Of a stretch of DNA of 64,000 nucleotides, positions 58,201 through 64,000 are shown one piece after another. Numbering within the stretch: the first letter of the stretch is position 1; the number at the start of each line of letters is the position of its first letter. Made by a program: the position numbers and the translations under genes. Source of the DNA: TPA_inf: Saccharomyces (taxonomy: Eukaryota); assembly GCA_000146045.2 (NCBI GenBank), contig BK006938.2:704001-768000 (forward strand). Reading direction: 5' to 3'. Under the pieces are notes generated by a model. The model searched no databases, had not been told where the DNA came from, and saw nothing but the letters and a program-made list of their open reading frames with translations.

Positions 58201-59874
58201 GTTCCGTTCGAAAAATCAAATATCAATCTGAAAAACATTGAAGCTCCATTATTTTCGAAGGACAACGATGACACTAGCGTTGCCAGTAGCATAGATCTTG
58301 ATCACTTATCTAGAAAAGCAGAAAAATATGGTATGACCCTCATTTCTGATCAGGAATTTGAAGAATATCATATACTAAAAGATAACGCGGTTAATCTGAA
58401 TGGTGGCATGGAAGAAATGAATAATCCCTTGTCAGAAAATCAAAACTTAGCAGCAAAAACCACAAACACAGCGCAAGAAGGTGCCTTCCAAAACACCGTT
58501 CCCCACAATGATATGGACAACGAAGAAGTCGAATATGGGCCGGATGATCCAACATTCACAGTAAGGCAACTCAAGAAACCCGCTGGCGATCGTAATTTGA
58601 TTTTGACTAGTAGGGAGAAAACACTGTTATCAAGAGATGATAATATAATGAGTCAAAATGAGGCGGTTTATGGTGACGATATATCTGATAGCTTTGTAGA
58701 TGAAAGCCAAGAAATCAAAAATGATGTAGACATTATTAAAACTCAAGCTATGAAATATGGTATGTTGTGTATTCCTGAAAGTAATTTTGTGGGTGCATCA
58801 TATGCAAGTGCTCAAGATATGAGCGATATAGTTGTGCTTTCCGCGTCCTATTACCATAATCTAATGTCACCTGAAGACATGAAATGGAACTGTGTTAGTA
58901 ATGAAGAATTACAAGCGGAAGTTAAAAAGCGTGGGCTCCAGATTGCACTAACAACAAAGGAAGATAAGAAAGGTCAAGCCACGGCATCCAAACATGAGTA
59001 TGTGTCGCATAAGCTAAACAATAAAACATCTACTGTGTCCACAAAGTCTGGAGCAAAAAAGGGACTTGCAGAAGCAGCAGCAACAACTGCTTATGAAGAT
59101 TCCGAAAGTCATCCACAAATAGAAGAGCAGTCTCATCGTACTAATCATCATAAGCACCATAAACGTCAACAGAGTCTGAATTCTAATTCAACCTCAAAAA
59201 CCACACATTCATCGAGGAATACGCCAGCATCTAGACGAGATATAGTAGCATCATTTATGTCACGTGCAGGATCTGCCAGTAGGACGGCATCTTTACAAAC
59301 TTTAGCATCATTGAACGAACCAAGCATAATACCCGCGTTAACCCAAACCGTCATTGGGGAATATTTGTTTAAGTATTATCCACGCTTGGGACCTTTTGGA
59401 TTCGAATCACGTCATGAAAGATTCTTCTGGGTTCATCCATATACCTTAACTTTGTACTGGTCCGCTTCTAATCCCATCCTAGAGAATCCTGCCAATACCA
59501 AAACAAAAGGTGTTGCCATTCTAGGAGTAGAAAGTGTCACAGACCCAAACCCATATCCAACAGGATTGTATCACAAAAGTATTGTTGTTACCACAGAAAC
59601 TAGGACTATTAAGTTTACTTGTCCTACAAGGCAAAGACACAATATTTGGTATAATTCATTACGTTATTTACTTCAAAGGAACATGCAAGGGATAAGTTTA
59701 GAGGACATCGCTGATGATCCAACAGATAATATGTATTCAGGAAAGATTTTCCCATTGCCCGGCGAAAATACAAAGAGCTCCAGTAAAAGACTTAGCGCAT
59801 CGAGAAGGTCCGTATCTACAAGGTCTCTAAGACATAGAGTACCACAAAGCCGATCATTTGGCAATTTACGATAG
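51628..59874 (+). CDS. NUM1: Cortical anchor for dynein and mitochondria. N-terminal coiled coil, 12 tandem 64-aa repeats, C-terminal PH domain. 2748 aa.
   Basis: Length 2748 aa. Repeat array present. C-terminal PH domain (VIGEYLFKYYPRLGPFGFESRHERFFWVHPYTLTLYW...). Confidence 0.97.
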   Translation: MSHNNRHKKNNDKDSSAGQYANSIDNSLSQESVSTNGVTRMANLKADECGSGDEGDKTKRFSISSILSKRETKDVLPEFAGSSSHNGVLTANSSKDMNFTLELSENLLVECRKLQSSNEAKNEQIKSLKQIKESLSDKIEELTNQKKSFMKELDSTKDLNWDLESKLTNLSMECRQLKELKKKTEKSWNDEKESLKLLKTDLEILTLTKNGMENDLSSQKLHYDKEISELKERILDLNNENDRLLISVSDLTSEINSLQSNRTERIKIQKQLDDAKASISSLKRKVQKKYYQKQHTSDTTVTSDPDSEGTTSEEDIFDIVIEIDHMIETGPSVEDISEDLVKKYSEKNNMILLSNDSYKNLLQKSESASKPKDDELMTKEVAENLNMIALPNDDNYSKKEFSLESHIKYLEASGYKVLPLEEFENLNESLSNPSYNYLKEKLQALKKIPIDQSTFNLLKEPTIDFLLPLTSKIDCLIIPTKDYNDLFESVKNPSIEQMKKCLEAKNDLQSNICKWLEERNGCKWLSNDLYFSMVNKIETPSKQYLSDKAKEYDQVLIDTKALEGLKNPTIDFLREKASASDYLLLKKEDYVSPSLEYLVEHAKATNHHLLSDSAYEDLVKCKENPDMEFLKEKSAKLGHTVVSNEAYSELEKKLEQPSLEYLVEHAKATNHHLLSDSAYEDLVKCKENPDMEFLKEKSAKLGHTVVSNEAYSELQRKYSELEKEVEQPSLAYLVEHAKATDHHLLSDSAYEDLVKCKENPDVEFLKEKSAKLGHTVVSSEEYSELQRKYSELEKEVEQPSLAYLVEHAKATDHHLLSDSAYEELVKCKENPDMEFLKEKSAKLGHTVVSNEAYSELEKKLEQPSLAYLVEHAKATDHHLLSDSAYEDLVKCKENSDVEFLKEKSAKLGHTVVSNEAYSELEKKLEQPSLAYLVEHAKATDHHLLSDSAYEDLVKCKENPDMEFLKEKSAKLGHTVVSNEAYSELEKKLEQPSLEYLVEHAKATNHHLLSDSAYEDLVKCKENPDMEFLKEKSAKLGHTVVSNEAYSELEKKLEQPSLEYLVEHAKATNHHLLSDSAYEELVKCKENPDVEFLKEKSAKLGHTVVSNEAYSELEKKLEQPSLEYLVEHAKATNHHLLSDSAYEELVKCKENPDVEFLKEKSAKLGHTVVSNEAYSELEKKLEQPSLAYLVEHAKATDHHLLSDSAYEDLVKCKENPDVEFLKEKSAKLGHTVVSNEAYSELEKKLEQPSLAYLVEHAKATDHHLLSDSAYEDLVKCKENPDMEFLKEKSAKLGHTVVSNEAYSELEKKLEQPSLEYLVEHAKATNHHLLSDSAYEDLVKCKENPDMEFLKEKSAKLGHTVVSNKEYSELEKKLEQPSLEYLVKHAEQIQSKIISISDFNTLANPSMEDMASKLQKLEYQIVSNDEYIALKNTMEKPDVELLRSKLKGYHIIDTTTYNELVSNFNSPTLKFIEEKAKSKGYRLIEPNEYLDLNRIATTPSKEEIDNFCKQIGCYALDSKEYERLKNSLENPSKKFIEENAALLDLVLVDKTEYQAMKDNASNKKSLIPSTKALDFVTMPAPQLASAEKSSLQKRTLSDIENELKALGYVAIRKENLPNLEKPIVDNASKNDVLNLCSKFSLVPLSTEEYDNMRKEHTKILNILGDPSIDFLKEKCEKYQMLIISKHDYEEKQEAIENPGYEFILEKASALGYELVSEVELDRMKQMIDSPDIDYMQEKAARNEMVLLRNEEKEALQKKIEYPSLTFLIEKAAGMNKILVDQIEYDETIRKCNHPTRMELEESCHHLNLVLLDQNEYSTLREPLENRNVEDLINTLSKLNYIAIPNTIYQDLIGKYENPNFDYLKDSLNKMDYVAISRQDYELMVAKYEKPQLDYLKISSEKIDHIVVPLSEYNLMVTNYRNPSLSYLKEKAVLNNHILIKEDDYKNILAVSEHPTVIHLSEKASLLNKVLVDKDDFATMSRSIEKPTIDFLSTKALSMGKILVNESTHKRNEKLLSEPDSEFLTMKAKEQGLIIISEKEYSELRDQIDRPSLDVLKEKAAIFDSIIVENIEYQQLVNTTSPCPPITYEDLKVYAHQFGMELCLQKPNKLSGAERAERIDEQSINTTSSNSTTTSSMFTDALDDNIEELNRVELQNNEDYTDIISKSSTVKDATIFIPAYENIKNSAEKLGYKLVPFEKSNINLKNIEAPLFSKDNDDTSVASSIDLDHLSRKAEKYGMTLISDQEFEEYHILKDNAVNLNGGMEEMNNPLSENQNLAAKTTNTAQEGAFQNTVPHNDMDNEEVEYGPDDPTFTVRQLKKPAGDRNLILTSREKTLLSRDDNIMSQNEAVYGDDISDSFVDESQEIKNDVDIIKTQAMKYGMLCIPESNFVGASYASAQDMSDIVVLSASYYHNLMSPEDMKWNCVSNEELQAEVKKRGLQIALTTKEDKKGQATASKHEYVSHKLNNKTSTVSTKSGAKKGLAEAAATTAYEDSESHPQIEEQSHRTNHHKHHKRQQSLNSNSTSKTTHSSRNTPASRRDIVASFMSRAGSASRTASLQTLASLNEPSIIPALTQTVIGEYLFKYYPRLGPFGFESRHERFFWVHPYTLTLYWSASNPILENPANTKTKGVAILGVESVTDPNPYPTGLYHKSIVVTTETRTIKFTCPTRQRHNIWYNSLRYLLQRNMQGISLEDIADDPTDNMYSGKIFPLPGENTKSSSKRLSASRRSVSTRSLRHRVPQSRSFGNLR
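53404..55749 (+). repeat. NUM1: NUM1 tandem array of 12 near-identical units. Ten are 192 bp and two are 213 bp. A diverged 13th unit starts at 55750.
   Basis: Unit starts were read at 53404, 53596, 53809 and 54022, then every 192 bp. Units 2 and 3 carry a 21-bp in-frame insertion encoding QRKYSEL. Units differ only at a few positions (E/A, N/D, D/E, M/V, P/S). Confidence 0.95.
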
Positions 59875-60177
59875 TTAAAAAAACTAAATAACTCTAAGTA
59901 AATTAAGAACAATAATAATCATTATTTCGATTTTTAGTCCTGTAAACACGTTTGCCACCGATGAGTAACACTGAAAGATCAGAGAAAGAAAAAAAAATTC
60001 TACCTAATGAAATAAATAAACTAAAAAGATTAAATTAACTAATTCTCATGTTAGTAGGTCACGAATTCTTTAATTTTGTTTTGTGACTGAAATAAATATG
60101 AAAACGATAATGAATAAATAAATAAGGAGAGGCAGCAGAAATACGCCAAATATTCAAAGGGCTTTGTTGTTGACCGA

Positions 60178-61155
60178 CTACCAAGTCATCCTTTGCAATG
60201 CTTTAACACTAGTATGTAAGTTCCTAGGCTTACTCAAATTAGTGATATTATCGTTGTTGCTTGGGGCTAGGGAAGTAGGAAGTGGAGTCAACGCCGTATC
60301 CTTACTTCTTCCATCGTTAGCATTTTGATATATTTCAACGTCCTTATCATCACCGTGTTTGAAACAGCAACGCTTACCGTACGGACAGTAGCCTAACTTC
60401 GACCAATTTATGCAAGGTTTAGTTCTATAATTGTTTGATTTTTTCTTGAATTTCAGTTCATTAAGACCATGAGCAAATTGGCATTTATTTCCATACTTAC
60501 AATAGCCTTTAATAGTAAAAGATTCACAGAGCTCAGTTTTGTATAAGGTCTTATTGACTAATTGAGGAAGCTGCAAAGGTGCCCTTCTACAAGGTTCCAG
60601 TTTTGTTGTTTTCTGAATTGGAAGTGTGTATGGAAGTCCAGTAGACTGAGAATCCACCTGAGATAGTTTTTGTAAATTCTCCGCTGTCAGGGGTAATGAA
60701 AATGCACTTGTCGTGTAAGTAGGGTTAATCTCAACTTCGAGTGACCTTTTCTTACGTTTTTTCTCAGTTGTAGCAAGTGTTGAGATGTTATTATTGCCTG
60801 CGAAAGGGTTATTAATAGGTAATGTATTTGTAGGTCTGGAATCTGATATGATCAAGTCTTTAAAATCTCCCAACGGATGATAACAGTTTGGTTTGGATGG
60901 TAACCAAGGAGAAGGCCTTGGTGAGTATTCACTTAAAATGTCCGTTTCATTTATATTATGCCCCTCGGAGCTGCTGCTGTCATCATTATCGGTATTTTCA
61001 TTGAGCAGTGTCTTTATATAATATTCTTCGATTTCTTTAATCTTTGACTCGTACTCCTTGTTGAGATCAGAAAAGATCGAGGACGTAGTCGTTGAGGTCG
61101 AATTGGCATTCGGTATGTTTAAATAGTAGCTGTTTGGAGCAACATTCGGCATCAT
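60178..61155 (-). CDS. CTH1: Tandem CCCH zinc-finger mRNA-decay factor (TTP family), 325 aa.
   Basis: Two CCCH fingers, [26 protein letters not shown] and [26 protein letters not shown]. Length matches YDR151C. Confidence 0.93.
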   Translation of the reverse strand: MMPNVAPNSYYLNIPNANSTSTTTSSIFSDLNKEYESKIKEIEEYYIKTLLNENTDNDDSSSSEGHNINETDILSEYSPRPSPWLPSKPNCYHPLGDFKDLIISDSRPTNTLPINNPFAGNNNISTLATTEKKRKKRSLEVEINPTYTTSAFSLPLTAENLQKLSQVDSQSTGLPYTLPIQKTTKLEPCRRAPLQLPQLVNKTLYKTELCESFTIKGYCKYGNKCQFAHGLNELKFKKKSNNYRTKPCINWSKLGYCPYGKRCCFKHGDDKDVEIYQNANDGRSKDTALTPLPTSLAPSNNDNITNLSKPRNLHTSVKALQRMTW

Positions 61156-61705
61156 GGCTAGTGTTAATCCTTAATAGTTCTTATTGGTTGAGTTGCCGAA
61201 GAGACTGTGATATAGGGTTCTACGGCTTTACAATCAACTTATGGGTGAAGAGGCTAAATAAGATGTGACTTGTTAAGAGAGCAAGCGCAACAAGAGTGCA
61301 AAACCGTCACACTATGTCCAATGATCTACACTATCAACCTTTGAGTTAATGTTCTCTGATCCAGTATATTAGTAACTGCTCACACTGATCAAGAGCGTGA
61401 GAGAATACGAGCGAAAAAGAAAGAAGAAAAATTTGGGTGCCATTGGCACAGACCCTAAAAGAGATGTGAGAGAAGTGGGCCATATATGTATATTTTTCCC
61501 GAATGTCCTAATAAGTAATGATTGGAAATCCTAGGTCTATAAACTCGGGTAACAGAAGGTGGAAAATGAAAATTTTCTATTTTCCAATTGTAAAATCAGC
61601 AGGCATCGTTAGATTGGCTTTAAAGAGCTGAGTTTCCCATGCTGTCGGTTGGTATAATTTAAGGAAAAGCCCTCCCTCCATATCCAGAAGGCACTTGTTA
61701 ATACT

Positions 61706-62503
61706 ATGGATTATAAGGAAGAACAGAAGCAGGAACTAGAAGTTTTAGAGTCCATTTATCCTGATGAACTGAGGATCATAAACGATGAATACCCAAAGAT
61801 TAAATTTGAAGTAGCCATTAAATTAGAGCTGGATACAGGTGATTCTACTTCTGTTTTAACCAAAGAGCACACTATAATCGCCGAATTCAAGTTACCAGAA
61901 AACTACCCTGACGAACCATGCCTGATTTCATTGGAAGCTCAAGAAGTAGCCCTCAATGACAACGAAGAAGATAACGAGGAAGATGAAGACGAGGTTGAAT
62001 ATGACGACCATGGTAATAAAGTACTGAAAAAGTTTGAAAACCTGCCAGATTTAATAAGCTTTAAGGGGTACTTGCCTGAATTAACCGTACAATTAGAATC
62101 GCAAATCGAAACCGATATGTTATTGGGTATGCAAATGTGTTTTGCATTGATTTCATCCATAAAAGAAAGATGTGAGCAATGGTATAGTGAACAATTGAAT
62201 AAGCTCGAGAAGCAGTACGAGCTGGAAGCACAAGAACGTGAAAAGAAGGAACAGGCCAAGTTCCATGGTACTAAAGTCACAAGAGAATCGTACTTGGAAT
62301 GGAGGTCTAAATTTCGCCAAGAACTGAAACTGGATGAAAGAGACCAGGTGAGAAGGATGAAGGCTCATCATGGGAAGCTAACCGGTAAGCAAATGTTTGA
62401 ACAAGGCGTGGTGGGCACAGGCGACGAGTATATGGAAGAGGATGACGCGAGTGTAGATGACGTAGCCAAGGGACTTGCCAAGACCGAAATAGCAAATCAA
62501 TAA
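61706..62503 (+). CDS. GIR2: RWD-domain acidic protein (Rbg2 partner), 265 aa.
   Basis: N-terminal RWD-like region and acidic stretch NDNEEDNEEDEDEVEYDD. Length matches YDR152W. Confidence 0.9.
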   Translation: MDYKEEQKQELEVLESIYPDELRIINDEYPKIKFEVAIKLELDTGDSTSVLTKEHTIIAEFKLPENYPDEPCLISLEAQEVALNDNEEDNEEDEDEVEYDDHGNKVLKKFENLPDLISFKGYLPELTVQLESQIETDMLLGMQMCFALISSIKERCEQWYSEQLNKLEKQYELEAQEREKKEQAKFHGTKVTRESYLEWRSKFRQELKLDERDQVRRMKAHHGKLTGKQMFEQGVVGTGDEYMEEDDASVDDVAKGLAKTEIANQ

Positions 62504-62735
62504 ATACTTGTGTACTTAAGTATTTAAGTATTTTCTTCTGCATGGATAATGACATATACAAATGTATCTATATAATATTTTTTTGATATTCAATAAAAAG
62601 AAAACTGACATTTGAAGAAGGAAATAGACAAGTTTTTAGTAAGATATTATTAGTGTATATATGGATACATATATCTGAGAATGAAAATTTGTTGACTGTA
62701 TTGAATGTATTGGGAGATGAAGGGGTATTTGGTGA

Positions 62736-63971
62736 TTAGACCAACGACTTGGAGTAAGAGAATAAGTCGGAAAATGCATCATTTCCCTTCGACTTGTCCT
62801 TTGTAGCCTGAGGACGGGCTTTTTGCTGTTTTTTCTCCGCAAAGGGCAATGATGTTTGCGCAGCAGCGGTGGTATCTGTGTCTGACTTTGGGCCATCCCA
62901 GTCAAGCAAATCATCTATTTTACTATTGGAAGTTTTAGGTGCTGTTGTGTCGGGACTCGTTTCGCTTTGGAAGTCGCCAAACTCATCATCATCATCATCA
63001 CTATTGCTGTTGATATTATTGTTTTTGTTGTCATTATTACCATTGTCTATTGTTATATTATTCGTGGTGCTAGTACTATCGTCAAGATCGATTAAGTCAG
63101 GGATGCTATCTTGTTGTTGCTTTCTTTTCCTCTGCTGTTCTTTATTTTTGATCTGCTCTCTTAATATCTCCCTTCTTTGTCTTCTTTGTTCTTCCATATG
63201 AGAACGCCTGCGAGTATTCGAATTTGCTTCTGTTTCCACAGGAACATTGAAGTTGGTCACATTATTAGCATCCATTTCACTGTCAAAGCCATCTGCATCT
63301 GCATCAAATTCATCGTCGTCGATGTTATCGTAACTTGCAGACGTTGAAATCTGGTTGGCATTATAAATGGAGGATTCTCCTTGCTGTCGAATTTTCAAGG
63401 CATTCTTCTTATTCTTGGCTCTTTCCTTTTTCAAAAATTGTGAGTCTTCCAAGTATTGCAAGATAAGTTCTCCCTTTTTCCTAATACCTCTCTCATGAAT
63501 CTCCATTTTACCATCATTGGAGAATTTTACCTTGAATTGGGCAATCTCCCTGGTTAAAATATGCTTATGAGTGAGCAAACATGATCTAATCTGATTCAGT
63601 TCGTCACCTGTGTCGACGTTCAATAATAGGAATTCAATGACTACTAGACATTTTAAGACCACCCTCCATTCGGACCCATAATTAACGTAGTCCTTTCTTG
63701 CCTTTTCGTATAGGTTCTTGGGCCTGGTAGCGATATGGTCGACTAATCTTTTCAACGTGTATTCTGTCATCAAGTAGAGCGGCACTTGGTATCTGTTCCT
63801 TAAAACCTTGGCGAGGTGCTTCGGTGTGGGGCCCCAAGCATCGGTATTTGTAGCACGACGGATATCTATCTGATAAGGCTCATATTGGACTATCACGTTT
63901 TGGGCAAACCTTGCGGCATTTCTAATATCATGGATACCTAAATTTTGAATCTTTTTTGATAATGAGTCCAT
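62736..63971 (-). CDS. ENT5: ENTH/ANTH-domain clathrin adaptor-associated protein, 411 aa.
   Basis: ATG at 63971-63969. The N-terminal ENTH-like domain is followed by an Asn/Asp-rich, low-complexity C-terminus. Length matches YDR153C. Confidence 0.9.
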
Positions 63972-64000
63972 TTTGTATGGTGTTGGTATTTATGCAATTG

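Overview
The window is a gene-dense, fully collinear stretch of Saccharomyces cerevisiae chromosome IV, right arm, running from the 3' end of YDR126W/SWF1 through ARO1 and NUM1 to ENT5/YDR153C. Product lengths, synteny and motifs match S288C at roughly chrIV:704,001-768,000. I did not see a novel or undescribed biological system. Every ORF of 200 aa or more is either a known gene or an antisense shadow of one.

- **Genes:** 27 protein-coding genes. Two have introns, SAC6 (with a 21-nt first exon) and RUB1. There are three dubious overlapping ORFs and one pseudogene, YDR134C, a CCW12-like GPI cell-wall protein gene with an in-frame stop.
- **ORF track quirk:** the supplied track starts ORFs at TTG and GTG as well as ATG. 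This lengthens ARO1, HPR1, PEX7, SAN1 and MKC7 at the N-terminus; I give the ATG-based coordinates.
- **Things not found:** I found no tRNA, rRNA or snoRNA genes, no Ty elements or LTRs, and no CRISPR array (none would be expected in a eukaryote).
- **Worth a second look:**
  - the NUM1 tandem 192/213-bp repeat array and its internal 32-residue half-periodicity;
  - the YDR134C in-frame TAA, in a gene that still has strong codon bias;
  - a 1.5-kb, unusually GC-rich intergenic block upstream of YDR134C carrying two perfect ACGCGT (MCB) motifs;
  - classic regulatory sites that match known biology: a Gcn4 site upstream of ARO1, a Yap1 site upstream of YCF1, an Fkh/Mcm1 composite upstream of SWI5, and HAP CCAAT boxes upstream of KGD2;
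  - CAA/CAG polyglutamine repeats in TAF12.

All motif calls were read by eye. No database search or computation was run.
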